A stretch of DNA of 64,000 nt from an uncultured Spirochaetales bacterium. GTDB taxonomy: Bacteria; Spirochaetota; Spirochaetia; Sphaerochaetales; Sphaerochaetaceae. Both the position numbers and the translations under genes were made by a program. Position 1 is the first letter of the stretch; every line of letters starts with the position of its first letter. Location of the stretch: assembly GCA_934277975.1 (NCBI GenBank), contig CAKQWE010000003.1, positions 12,419-76,418 of the forward strand, given 5' to 3'. The notes below the pieces were generated by a model. The model worked only from the letters and a program-made list of their open reading frames with translations, was not told the DNA's origin and ran no database searches. Positions 44,144 through 54,119 of this stretch are shown here, piece by piece.

Positions 44144-45958
44144 ATGCAGTACATCCTTGGAGCATACAGCCAACTGCCGTTTGGGTCGTCCCCGGAGGAA
44201 TACGAGGCTTTGCTGTCTTCGCAGCTCAAACCGTTGCTTACGACTGTATACCAGAACCCGGGATACAAGCTGCTTTTCCATCTGAGCGCCAGCGAGTATG
44301 AGTACTACGAGGCCAACCATCCAGAGATAAACATGCTCATCTGCGACCTTTGCCGCAAGGGTCAGATGGAGATACTGTCGTCAGGATACTACGATGTCGT
44401 GCTTTCATTGCTTCCCGCCCACGAGAGGTCGGCCCATGTCGAGAAGACCACGACCTACATAAGAAAGAGGTTCACGAAGAAGCCAAAAGGGCTTTGGTGC
44501 TACAACCAAATCTTCACACCTTCGCTCATTCCAATGATGAGCGTAAGCGGTTTGGACTACATCCTCATCTCTACATACAACCAAATGGTCAACGGACAGC
44601 TCATGAACAAGCCGTTCTACATGGATGAAATGGGAAAGACATCGCTTGTCATACCATTCGACGATAGGTTCTCAAGGGAGACCTGGGATTTCTCAAGGGG
44701 TGCTTCGTCATTGGACAAGTATTTGGCAGATATTGAGAAGCTTGCACTTGGAGTTTCCGGTCTCATCAATACGATAATGATTGACCTTGACCAACTTGTA
44801 GCCCAGGAGGGTTCCAATGCCGTATTCCCCTTGCTGTATTCAAAGCTTGGCTCCAACAGCACCCTTCCATCCATCTACCTTTCACAGAACGAGGTCAAGC
44901 GTTCGTTCTACCTGCCTGCCGGCGTCTATGGTAGGGATATCTCCATAGGCAAGGCCCTTTCGATAAACCAGTACATACTGGAGAACCCCGTCCTTTCCAG
45001 AAACCTTGGAATACTCAATCTCTTGAGGGAGGCCATGAGGGAGTGCAAGAAGAACACAGACGAAAGGAAGAACATGGAGAAGCTCTTCCTCAAGGCCTGT
45101 GCCTGCGGCCTTTATATCCCGGAGCAGGGAATGAGCCCTGCCATAAGGAGGGTTTCGAACCGCTGTCTGTGCGAGATTGAATCCATACTTGCAAAGACGC
45201 AGGGGTCTATGATCCCTCAGATGGCTTATCTTGATTCTGCAAAGCACGGCGAGTACATAGTGGCGGGAAAGTCAAACGTATGCTATCTGAACACGAAGGG
45301 AGCTGTCATAAGCAGACTCAACATGTCGTCCGTTTCGTATGACATGGCCATGCACACGGGCGAAGGTCTTTTTGCAGACAGCTTCATCGACTGCAGCACT
45401 GGCAAGGAGACGAAGCTTTCGTCCAAGATATACGAAGTGACTCCTTTGGACAGAAGAAGGGTCGATTTCTTTGCAAAGGGCCCAGCCTTGGAGCTTAGGA
45501 AGATACCGGTAAACATCACAAAGCGCTTCAAGTTCAGGCAGTCCACAATAATGGTGGAGGTGGAGATCGAGAACCTTGACAACTCAAGGCTCGACGGCTT
45601 TGAATACTGCTGTACACTTGACATTGCCTTGCCAAAGGCCTATGAGGTGAAGGATGGAGACGGTACGGTCATAGATGAGAGCCCCGTTGAGACGAACATG
45701 CTGTCCATTGCGGATAAGGCCGCTCCTTTCTGCATATCCATTGCGTTGAGCGATTCCTCCTTTGTGTCCAGCGAGAATTACGAACAAAATGTCAGAACCT
45801 GTCTTGGAGACAAGTCCGTTTACGAGTATACTCAACTAAAGATTCGAAGAAGGCTTTCTTTGGAGCCTCTTCAGGACACTCGTTTGACGATTGGTCTGCG
45901 AATGGAAAAAAGAAAGGAGAAGAACAACAATGACACTTCAGAACAGAGCTCTACTTGA
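44144..45958 (+). CDS. glycoside hydrolase family 57-like protein, probably catalytically degenerate
   Basis: It aligns by eye to GH57 conserved regions. Region I HQP appears here as SQL (aa 9-11). Region II GQLEIV appears as GQMEIL (aa 73-78). Region III WLTERV appears as WCYNQI (aa 118-123). Confidence 0.55.
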   Translation: MQYILGAYSQLPFGSSPEEYEALLSSQLKPLLTTVYQNPGYKLLFHLSASEYEYYEANHPEINMLICDLCRKGQMEILSSGYYDVVLSLLPAHERSAHVEKTTTYIRKRFTKKPKGLWCYNQIFTPSLIPMMSVSGLDYILISTYNQMVNGQLMNKPFYMDEMGKTSLVIPFDDRFSRETWDFSRGASSLDKYLADIEKLALGVSGLINTIMIDLDQLVAQEGSNAVFPLLYSKLGSNSTLPSIYLSQNEVKRSFYLPAGVYGRDISIGKALSINQYILENPVLSRNLGILNLLREAMRECKKNTDERKNMEKLFLKACACGLYIPEQGMSPAIRRVSNRCLCEIESILAKTQGSMIPQMAYLDSAKHGEYIVAGKSNVCYLNTKGAVISRLNMSSVSYDMAMHTGEGLFADSFIDCSTGKETKLSSKIYEVTPLDRRRVDFFAKGPALELRKIPVNITKRFKFRQSTIMVEVEIENLDNSRLDGFEYCCTLDIALPKAYEVKDGDGTVIDESPVETNMLSIADKAAPFCISIALSDSSFVSSENYEQNVRTCLGDKSVYEYTQLKIRRRLSLEPLQDTRLTIGLRMEKRKEKNNNDTSEQSST

Positions 45959-47034
45959 ACAGCTGAACGAAGACTCCCAAGCAATATGGAGGGGACTTTG
46001 ACCCGGAAGGGTTGAAATCTAAACTCGCTGAACTTGAAAAGCAGACACTTGAACCCGATTTCTGGGGCGACAAGCAAAAAGCCGATTCTGTCTTTTCCCA
46101 TATAAACGCAATAAAGGATACTATAAATCCTTTTGAAAAACTGCTCTCTGACATAGCCGAGGTCTACGACCTCATTGATCTATATGAGGAAGAGGACGAT
46201 GGCAACGAGGAATACGCCGCAGAGGTGGATGCAAAGATCCTTGAAATAGAAGCGGAGTACAAACCTCTCAAACTCAAGACCCTTCTCAATGGAAAGTACG
46301 ACAAGGGTGACATGTTCCTGACGATCCATGCAGGAGCAGGTGGAACAGAAGCGTGCGATTGGACCTCCATGCTCATGAGAATGTATCTTAGATGGTGCGA
46401 AAGGCACAAGTTCAAGACTGAGATCCTTGACACCCTGGAGGACGAAGGCGGCTACAAGAGCGTGACCATACAGGTAACCGGTCCGTATGCTTTTGGATAC
46501 CTTAAGGGAGAGGCTGGAGTCCACAGACTTGTCAGGATATCCCCGTTCGATTCCAATGCAAGGCGGCACACATCGTTCTCGTCCGTGTATGCGTCTCCTG
46601 TCGTGGACGACAACATTGACATTGAGATAAAGCCTGAGGACATAAGGATAGACACCTACAGGGCTGGTGGTGCCGGCGGGCAGCATGTCAACAAGACCGA
46701 TTCCGCTGTGCGTATAACACACTATCCAACCGGAATCGTCGTTCAGTGCCAGAACGAACGCTCCCAGATAATGAACAAGGACAAGTGCTTCAAGATGCTC
46801 AAGAGCCGCCTGTACGACTATTACAGCGAGAAGCTTGCAGAGGAGCACAAGGCCGAAGCCATTGAAAAGAAGGACATCTCCTGGGGCTCACAGATACGCA
46901 GCTATGTGTTCCAGCCGTATACCATGGTCAAGGATGCAAGGACCGGCGAACAGACCGGAAACATCCAGGCCGTCATGGACGGAGACATAGACAACTTCAT
47001 AGAAGCCTTCCTGAGGTGGAATCAGGAGAAATAG
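45930..47034 (+). CDS. prfB: peptide chain release factor 2, with a programmed +1 ribosomal frameshift
   Basis: ORF0 runs 45930-45998 (MTLQNRALLEQLNEDSQAIWRGL) and ends at CTT TGA C (45996-46002), preceded by GGAGGGG (45988-45994). The +1 frame continues DPEGLKSKLAELE... with SPF and GGQ motifs. Confidence 0.9.
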
Positions 47035-48315
47035 GTGAAGAGGTCCTTTGCTCTTCTTGTAGTCCTTGTCTTGTCCCTGTGCGCCCTTGCACAGGTCTGG
47101 GCCAAGGACTACAGCATTCTGATCATTCCTCAAAACCAGGAACTGTCTTCGTATATGGAGGCATTCTTCCCATTGGTTTCTTACGATGACACAGTGGTGC
47201 GTGATTGGGCCAACGATGATAGGACATCTCAGCTCAAGACACTTGGCGAGGCCTTGGACAAGGCATATTCAAGCGAAGACGGGAGTGCTATTGAAAAGGC
47301 CCGTTCATCCTACGATGAGGCCGTTGGGAATGATTATTCTTCCAATCCTCCCATTGCAGCGGACAACGAGGCCGTTGAAGGCTTCCCTGTCAGGTACGTT
47401 GGAGTTCCAAGTTCGCTAGGCGGGGATTTCGATGTTTCAAGGGCGGTTTCTGAAAAGGACACCATTTCGCTTAAACTCGTGTGCAGCCTATCTGGTGCCG
47501 ATATGCTCGTGATTCCTGTAACGGACAGCATTGGAGGATTTTGCCATGCTGCAATCTATGTTTACAGAAAGGCCTATGATTCGCTTGAACTGTGCTTCGA
47601 GAGCATATCCCAGCAGTCAAACGTCATTCCTGTCAAGGCAGTCCTTTCCTTGTCCGGATTCTTCATTTCGTACCCTGTATCCTTGGTGAGCTTCAATGGG
47701 ATTCCACAAGGCTCTCAGGTGGTTGTAGACGGTAATCAGGTCTCCATCGTGGATGGATACATGCTTGTTTCCTCAGGGGAGCACACATTTGAGATATCCA
47801 AGCAAGGGTATGGCCTGCGGCGTTTCAAGGCTGTGATTCCAGAGAACGAAGTCTGCACCATAGAGACCAGCCTGGTTGCTCCAGAATACAGCCAAGTGAA
47901 CGTGGATTCCCATCCTGCATCCAACGTCTACTACGAAGGACAGCTGCTTGGAAGTACTCCTCTTGTCGTTGAAGGGTATACGATTCCGCTTGTCCTTAGG
48001 TTCTCGGCTGATGGATATGCCAACAAAACAATAAGCCTTGCAGAACCTGCGGAGGATCTTTTCGTGGAGCTCAAGCCCCAGTGGATGGATGATACGAGCC
48101 TTTACGAGAAGGCAAGGGACGACTTCTACGGCTCGTTTGCACGAAGTCTCCTGGTGTTTGGCCTTAGGATAGCGTCTGGTTCGCTTGGAGGTTCCGGCGG
48201 CCAGTGGTATGAGATTGCAGGAATCGCCCTTGACGGAGCTTTGGTACTGTCATTGACCGACTTGGCCGCAAAGCTTATAGAATACTATAGATGTTCTGAA
48301 TACATCTCACCTTGA
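47035..48315 (+). CDS. secreted/membrane-anchored PEGA-domain protein
   Basis: GTG start, signal peptide MKRSFALLVVLVLSLCALAQVWA, two PEGA-like modules (PQGSQVVVDGNQV...ISKQGY; PASNVYYEGQLLGSTPL...ADGY), and a C-terminal hydrophobic helix. Confidence 0.6.
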   Translation: MKRSFALLVVLVLSLCALAQVWAKDYSILIIPQNQELSSYMEAFFPLVSYDDTVVRDWANDDRTSQLKTLGEALDKAYSSEDGSAIEKARSSYDEAVGNDYSSNPPIAADNEAVEGFPVRYVGVPSSLGGDFDVSRAVSEKDTISLKLVCSLSGADMLVIPVTDSIGGFCHAAIYVYRKAYDSLELCFESISQQSNVIPVKAVLSLSGFFISYPVSLVSFNGIPQGSQVVVDGNQVSIVDGYMLVSSGEHTFEISKQGYGLRRFKAVIPENEVCTIETSLVAPEYSQVNVDSHPASNVYYEGQLLGSTPLVVEGYTIPLVLRFSADGYANKTISLAEPAEDLFVELKPQWMDDTSLYEKARDDFYGSFARSLLVFGLRIASGSLGGSGGQWYEIAGIALDGALVLSLTDLAAKLIEYYRCSEYISP

Positions 48316-48325
48316 AGGAGCAAAT

Positions 48326-49180
48326 ATGTTCAAATTTGGATTGGGAGCAAAGCTCAAGGCGCTCTTTGGATTCAAGAAGACACTGGATTCCCAGTTCTTC
48401 GAAGACCTTGAGGATCTTCTCATAGAAGGGGATTTCGGTGCAAAGAACGCCATGTTGATAAGCGATGAAGTCAAGGAGCGCAAGCCGCAGACCCAGGAGG
48501 AGTTCCTTGGTATTGTAAAGGAGCTCCTTGGTGACAAAGTGGGCGGTACTGAGCTCGTTCCAAAGAAAGGCAAGCTCAACGTCTATCTCATACTTGGAGT
48601 CAACGGAGTTGGAAAGACGACCTCCATTGCAAAGATGGCGTCGTACTATGGAAAGCAGGGCTATAAGGTCGTGATGGCGGCAGCCGATACTTTCAGGGCT
48701 GCGGCTATAGACCAGCTTGACCTTCATGCCCAAAGGACGGGGACTAGAATCGTAAGGCAGGAGAATGGAAGCGACCCCGGTGCTGTCGTCTATGATGCAA
48801 TCTCCAGCGCTTTGGCCAAAGGCGACGACCTTATCCTTTGCGATACCGCTGGAAGGATGCACAACAAGGAGAACCTCGTAAAGGAGCTTCAGAAGATAGA
48901 CAAGATAATACGCAGCCGCATAGAGCCCGATTGCTACAAGAAGATCCTCGTCGTGGATGCTACTACGGGACAGAACTCCATAAGCCAGGCCCAGATATTC
49001 AACGATGCGGTTGGTCTTGATGCCCTCATCCTGACCAAGTACGACTCCGCCTCAAAGGCCGGTGCATTGGTTCAGATAGGCATTCCAATCGCATTCGTTG
49101 GAACCGGCGAGCACTACGAGGACATCCATGTATTCGACAAGGACGAGTTCCTCACAGGTCTTGCAGGGCTGGACAAATAG
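48326..49180 (+). CDS. ftsY: signal recognition particle receptor FtsY (short form)
   Basis: GVNGVGKTTSIAKMA, DTAGR, TKYDSASKAG motifs. Confidence 0.9.
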   Translation: MFKFGLGAKLKALFGFKKTLDSQFFEDLEDLLIEGDFGAKNAMLISDEVKERKPQTQEEFLGIVKELLGDKVGGTELVPKKGKLNVYLILGVNGVGKTTSIAKMASYYGKQGYKVVMAAADTFRAAAIDQLDLHAQRTGTRIVRQENGSDPGAVVYDAISSALAKGDDLILCDTAGRMHNKENLVKELQKIDKIIRSRIEPDCYKKILVVDATTGQNSISQAQIFNDAVGLDALILTKYDSASKAGALVQIGIPIAFVGTGEHYEDIHVFDKDEFLTGLAGLDK

Positions 49181-49184
49181 ATAG

Positions 49185-49958
49185 ATGGGACGTTGCTCGT
49201 ACCTTGCAGCTGCATTCGCAGTGTTCTTTCTCTTTGCTTCGCATCTTCCAGCCTTTGCGGAAGGCTCCAGGGATGTGGTTGTCAGGGAGTATCAGGACGA
49301 AACACTGACTCTTGAATATGAGGATGGCTATCTCGTCAAGGAGACAAGTTCACGAAATGGAGAGGAGACTACGACCACCTATCAGTACATAGACGGTAGG
49401 CTTGTCATGTGCACTACTGCGGACTCGTCGTCAGGTGAGTCCCACATTGTGTTCTTCCTAAGAAGTCCGTATGGCAACGAACTTGTCGCAGTCAAGAGGG
49501 ATGGCGTTCTTACCTATACCGAGGATTCCTTTGTTGTCCAGAATGGGCGAATGATAGACACTTCCTCCTTGGCGCAGCTTCTTTCCAAAAACTATGATAC
49601 CAACGAGGATGGGAACATCGTAATTATTGACGAGGATTTAACATACGAGTATTCGAAAGAGGGGGCTCTTCTCAGAAGAATCGGTCTTGGTTCGACTACG
49701 GAGTACTTGTATGAAGAGGATGTCTTGGTTGGTGTTAGGACTACCTTGGAGGATGGAAGCTTCTCGTATGGCGTGTATGAAGCAGGCGTACTTTCCTCAT
49801 TGGATGAGTTCGATGCAAATGGGACTATCTTGTCAAGGACCGTCTATGGAAAGGACGGTGCGGGCATGGTCAGGACTTTGTTCGATTCGGGAAGGCCGGT
49901 TGCCGATGTCTATTACCGTGAAGACAACAGAAGGGTTGATAGGATAGAATACCTTTGA
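49185..49958 (+). CDS. exported hypothetical protein
   Basis: Signal peptide ...FASHLPAFA/EGS and repeated Y-x-Y/E-rich beta-like segments. No family recognised. Confidence 0.5.
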   Translation: MGRCSYLAAAFAVFFLFASHLPAFAEGSRDVVVREYQDETLTLEYEDGYLVKETSSRNGEETTTTYQYIDGRLVMCTTADSSSGESHIVFFLRSPYGNELVAVKRDGVLTYTEDSFVVQNGRMIDTSSLAQLLSKNYDTNEDGNIVIIDEDLTYEYSKEGALLRRIGLGSTTEYLYEEDVLVGVRTTLEDGSFSYGVYEAGVLSSLDEFDANGTILSRTVYGKDGAGMVRTLFDSGRPVADVYYREDNRRVDRIEYL

Positions 49959-49974
49959 GCGCAAGAGGTTTTTG

Positions 49975-51192
49975 ATGTTCATTTTAAGGACGGCTTTGAG
50001 ATATGCATTCTCCAAAGGAAGGGGGCAAAGGACCTCAAGTGTGGTCATTGTCCTTGGCATTGCCTTGGGTCTTGCCGCTCTTCTAGTCATTTCTTCCGTG
50101 ATGAACGGCCTTCAGACTGCGCAGCTGGATCAGCTTAGGGCTTTGGAGTCGTTCGATGTCTCCGTTGAACCTGATTTGAGTGGATCTGACGGTTTCGCCC
50201 TTGGTTTGGATGGCATATCCGAGATTCAAGGCGTTGATTTTGCGTTCGAGTACATAGAGACGTATGCCCTCATAGTGGACAAGACAAGTGGAAGGAGCAC
50301 AAGTGCAAGGGTCAGGGCCTACAGCAATGATGCATACTACAACGAGCGAATGTCCCAAAGCCTTCATTTCATTGCAGGAGAACCTGTTGGCATGGATGGC
50401 GTCGCCGTTTCATACACCATGATGAACGCCCTTTCCCTACACAGTGGAGACGATGTTGAGGTTACGTTCCTAAAGCCTGGAAGGACTGCAACGGTCGTTC
50501 CTTATTCTACAAGGATGCCAATAAGCGCACTCTATGGTTCATCCATGACGGAGTTCAGTTCAAGCACCGTCTTCGTGGACTATCAGTGGCTTCTTTCGTT
50601 GATGGGGGAGTCATCTGTCAGGATTGGCATATACACACAGGTTCCTGAACTTGTGGCTTCCTGTATAGCAGAGCTTTCTCCTGGCAGCAAGGCCACCACC
50701 TGGAAGGAGTACAATAGGGCTTTGTATTCTGCGCTCATGCTGGAGAAGGCCCTCATGTACATCTTCCTTGCGTTCATGTTCCTGATAATATGCGTGAACC
50801 TCAAGAACAGCACTAGAAGGCTTTTGAGGAATAGGCAGCATGAAGGTGCCATGCTTAGAGCTCTAGGGTGTACCAGAGCTACCGTCAATTCCATATTCGT
50901 GCTGCAGGGAGTCCTTGTGTGTCTCATAGGGGAGGTCCTTGGAGTCTTCCTTGGAGTCCTTGCCGTGGACAACCTTCAGGTTCTCTTGGATTTTGCAGAT
51001 GCCGTAGCTCGGTTCTTCTCCGGAAGTGCGACCGTTCTTGGATTTCTTCAGTTTCAGACAAATACATCTCCTTTGGAGATAACGCTTTCATGCGGATTCG
51101 TATTCTTCCTTGCTGTGGTGTTCACCTATATGGGGTGCAGAAGGACGTACAGACATGAAATCATGGAGGTGATACTCAATGAATCCTATTGA
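49975..51192 (+). CDS. ABC transporter permease, FtsX/LolC/E-like
   Basis: N-terminal TM helix, a large periplasmic domain, and a C-terminal FtsX-type 3-TM bundle. I prefer the ATG at 49975 (AGAGG 6 nt upstream) over the TTG at 49972. Confidence 0.75.
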   Translation: MFILRTALRYAFSKGRGQRTSSVVIVLGIALGLAALLVISSVMNGLQTAQLDQLRALESFDVSVEPDLSGSDGFALGLDGISEIQGVDFAFEYIETYALIVDKTSGRSTSARVRAYSNDAYYNERMSQSLHFIAGEPVGMDGVAVSYTMMNALSLHSGDDVEVTFLKPGRTATVVPYSTRMPISALYGSSMTEFSSSTVFVDYQWLLSLMGESSVRIGIYTQVPELVASCIAELSPGSKATTWKEYNRALYSALMLEKALMYIFLAFMFLIICVNLKNSTRRLLRNRQHEGAMLRALGCTRATVNSIFVLQGVLVCLIGEVLGVFLGVLAVDNLQVLLDFADAVARFFSGSATVLGFLQFQTNTSPLEITLSCGFVFFLAVVFTYMGCRRTYRHEIMEVILNESY

Positions 51193-51943
51193 TGGACATT
51201 TTGATATTCATTTCGACAGCCATGCAGACGGCAAGATGGATAGGCCCATCCAGCTTATTGATATAACCAAGCGTTTCAAGGCCGCTCAGGAAGGAGAAGG
51301 GGAGATAACCATTCTTGAAGGTGTTGACCTTTGCATCGAGCGTGGTCGGTCAACGGCTATAATTGGAAAGAGCGGAAGCGGCAAGAGTACGCTCCTTCAT
51401 ATTGCGGGTGGATTGGACAGTCCAACGTCCGGAAAGGTGATCTGCAATGGAGTCGATTTTGCAAGTCTTGATGACAAAAGGAAATCCTCTCTTAGAAACC
51501 TCCATATTGGCTTCATTTTCCAAGCCAATCTTCTTCTAGAGGATTTCACCGCACTTGAGAACGTGATGGCTCCTGCCATGATAGCGGGTAGGAGCCCTAG
51601 GGATTGCAAGCCCAGGGCCCTTTCCCTTTTGGAGCGGCTTGGCCTTGGAGACAGGATCCATCATCTTCCAAGCCAGCTTTCAGGAGGTGAGAAGCAGCGC
51701 ATTGCGATATGCCGGGCCCTTATGAACGAGCCAGATGTCATAATGGCGGACGAGCCTACCGGTGCCTTGGATGAAGAGAATGCACAGGAGGTGGAGCGCC
51801 TTCTCCTTGATCTTTCCAAAGAAGAGGGCAGGAGCCTTCTTCTTGTGACCCATAACAACGACTTCGCATATAGATGCGACAACGTATATCTTCTCAAGAA
51901 TCATGCCCTTAACCTTGAAAAAGGTCTTGGCTTGGATGTATGA
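51179..51943 (+). CDS. ABC transporter ATP-binding protein (LolD/MacB-type)
   Basis: GKSGSGKSTLLH, LSGGEKQRIAICRAL, ADEPTGALD motifs. The true start may be the Met at 51236. Confidence 0.85.
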   Translation: MNPIDGHFDIHFDSHADGKMDRPIQLIDITKRFKAAQEGEGEITILEGVDLCIERGRSTAIIGKSGSGKSTLLHIAGGLDSPTSGKVICNGVDFASLDDKRKSSLRNLHIGFIFQANLLLEDFTALENVMAPAMIAGRSPRDCKPRALSLLERLGLGDRIHHLPSQLSGGEKQRIAICRALMNEPDVIMADEPTGALDEENAQEVERLLLDLSKEEGRSLLLVTHNNDFAYRCDNVYLLKNHALNLEKGLGLDV

Positions 51944-53142
51944 ACTTGGAGTACGTCGTGAATCCATTCGTCAAGTTCTGGAGTGCAAAGAGGGTATTCA
52001 AGAAAGGAAGGCTGCTTGGATGTCTCATCCTCATAGCCCTTGTAATGGCCCCTCTTGTATGTGCCCTCATATTTTCAGAAAGCATGATCGCTGGAATAAC
52101 AAACAAATACATATACCTCTCAGACGGACATATACAGATCCAAGGTGTTTCAAACGATGGCTTGGCCTTGGATGATGCAATGGTCCTTCATGCAGATCCC
52201 GTTGTGTCAGGCTATGCTTTGGTCTATTCTTCAAGTTCTACGTCCTCATTGCTAGTGAAGGGCGTATCAGAGGACTACTTCAACGAAAGCCGCATTTCCC
52301 AGGTGTCGTTTGAGACCGTTGAGCTTGAGCCTTCCAACCTGAAGGGCATAGCACTAAGCCGTGCCACGGCTTCAAAGCTTGGCGTCTCCATTGGGGACAG
52401 GGTTGCACTCATGATAGTTCCTGACGATGCCTCTAGGTCTCCAAGGCCTGTCCTTGTGAGGGTTGAGTCCATATTCCATAGCGGCTACGACCAGCTTGAT
52501 TCGATGATCTCCTTTGTGGACAAGGGATACGCTCAGACCCTTTTCACTTCAACCTCTTCGACGAGCATTGAAGTTCTCGTAAAGGACGACTATATCGAGC
52601 GTCTTGACGCTGTGATAGCCAGTCTTCTTTCAAAGAACGATGGGCTTTCCTTGAGTGGGGTTTCGACTTGGGACGAACATAATGAATCTGTATACAACAA
52701 CTTCGTCACCAGCAAGCAGATGATTCTCATAATCCTTTTGATTGTGATAGTGGTCGCCGCTTTCTACACATCGTCTGTAGCCCAGCAGATGATGCAGGAC
52801 GACATGAAGCCAATCTCCATTGCAAAGCTCATTGGAATGTCTGATTCACAGGTACGGCTATCTGCTTTCATAAGCGTGAGCTCCGTGACGATTGCGGGCA
52901 TAGTGCTTGGTATAGGATTGGGTATTGGGATTGGCTATGGTCTTGGTCCAGTTCTAAGTGCGTTGTCGAACAAAGGTCTTCAAAGCCTTTCGTTCTACCT
53001 TTTGGATTTCGTCGTGGACATTCCGTGGAGTTCCGTGCTTCTCATATCCGTATGTCTAATGGTCCTTTCCGCAGCATCGGTCTGGATTGCATTGAGGAAG
53101 ACTCGCCGCATAACGCCAATGCGCCTTTTCACCTCCTTGTAA
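51940..53142 (+). CDS. ABC transporter permease, FtsX/LolC/E-like (second copy)
   Basis: Same architecture as 49975-51192, with an ATGA-type overlap with the ATPase gene. Confidence 0.75.
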   Translation: MNLEYVVNPFVKFWSAKRVFKKGRLLGCLILIALVMAPLVCALIFSESMIAGITNKYIYLSDGHIQIQGVSNDGLALDDAMVLHADPVVSGYALVYSSSSTSSLLVKGVSEDYFNESRISQVSFETVELEPSNLKGIALSRATASKLGVSIGDRVALMIVPDDASRSPRPVLVRVESIFHSGYDQLDSMISFVDKGYAQTLFTSTSSTSIEVLVKDDYIERLDAVIASLLSKNDGLSLSGVSTWDEHNESVYNNFVTSKQMILIILLIVIVVAAFYTSSVAQQMMQDDMKPISIAKLIGMSDSQVRLSAFISVSSVTIAGIVLGIGLGIGIGYGLGPVLSALSNKGLQSLSFYLLDFVVDIPWSSVLLISVCLMVLSAASVWIALRKTRRITPMRLFTSL

Positions 53143-53161
53143 AACTGATAGTATTGAGACC

Positions 53162-54085
53162 ATGAGTCTGGAAGTTTTCGTACTTGGTACAAGCGGAATG
53201 CAGCCCCTACCGGGGAGGTTCCTTACATCTGCAATGGTCAGGAGAAACGGAGAGCTTATGCTCTTTGACTGCGGGGAGGGCACCCAGGTGTCCCTCAAGA
53301 TGCTGAACCTGCATTGGAAGCGTATAAACCGCATATTCATAAGCCATATGCACGCTGACCACGTGACAGGACTTCCTGGTCTGCTCATGCTGTCGTCTCA
53401 GGTGGACAGGACCGAGCCTCTTTATATCTATGGCCCTGACATGCTGAAGGAATACATTGACGCAAACAGGCGAATCCTTGATATGTACATAAACTATGAG
53501 ATACGTTTCGTCCCTGTGAAGCCGGGTCTGATAATAGACGACGAGGACTTCACTGTCGAAGCCGTACCTCTGCTTCATACAAAGCCATGCTTTGGCTATG
53601 TGCTTACGGAGAAGGACAGGGCAGGGGAGTTCAGCGTTGAAAACGCAAAGTCACTTGGAGTCCCATGCGGCCCAATGTGGGGACAACTCCAAAGAGGTAT
53701 GTCAGTGGAACTGGATGATGGCCGAGTCATTGAGCCACAGCAGGTTCTAGGTGCCCCTAGAAGGGGCGTGAAGTTCGCCTATGTTACAGATACGATGTAT
53801 TTGGGGTACATTGCCAAGCATGTTGAGGATGCGGACCTTCTGCTTTGCGAAGGTATGTTCACAAGGGATTTGGCACAGGATGCATACGAAAAGAAGCATA
53901 TGACAAGCTCTCAGGCGGCAACCATAGCCTTGAATGCTGGTGTAAAAAAACTGGGGCTGATCCATTACAGCCCCAGATACACTGACAAGGAATTGAATCT
54001 TCTCAAGGACGAAGCCCGTGAGATCTTCGAGAACACGGTTCTTTGCAGAGACCGCTACTCCTTTGAACTCAACAACCCGGATTGA
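53162..54085 (+). CDS. rnz: ribonuclease Z
   Basis: Metallo-beta-lactamase motif ISHMHADHVTGLPGLL and N-terminus VLGTSGMQP, 307 aa. Confidence 0.85.
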   Translation: MSLEVFVLGTSGMQPLPGRFLTSAMVRRNGELMLFDCGEGTQVSLKMLNLHWKRINRIFISHMHADHVTGLPGLLMLSSQVDRTEPLYIYGPDMLKEYIDANRRILDMYINYEIRFVPVKPGLIIDDEDFTVEAVPLLHTKPCFGYVLTEKDRAGEFSVENAKSLGVPCGPMWGQLQRGMSVELDDGRVIEPQQVLGAPRRGVKFAYVTDTMYLGYIAKHVEDADLLLCEGMFTRDLAQDAYEKKHMTSSQAATIALNAGVKKLGLIHYSPRYTDKELNLLKDEAREIFENTVLCRDRYSFELNNPD

Positions 54086-54108
54086 TTCTCCTTTCAGGGT
54101 TGTTTTTT
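54071..54108 (+). terminator. possible terminator after rnz
   Basis: AACAACCC (54071-54078) pairs with GGGTTGTT (54097-54104) and is followed by a T-run. The 18 nt loop is large, so this is only moderately convincing. Confidence 0.35.
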
Positions 54109-54119
54109 GGTATTCAGTT

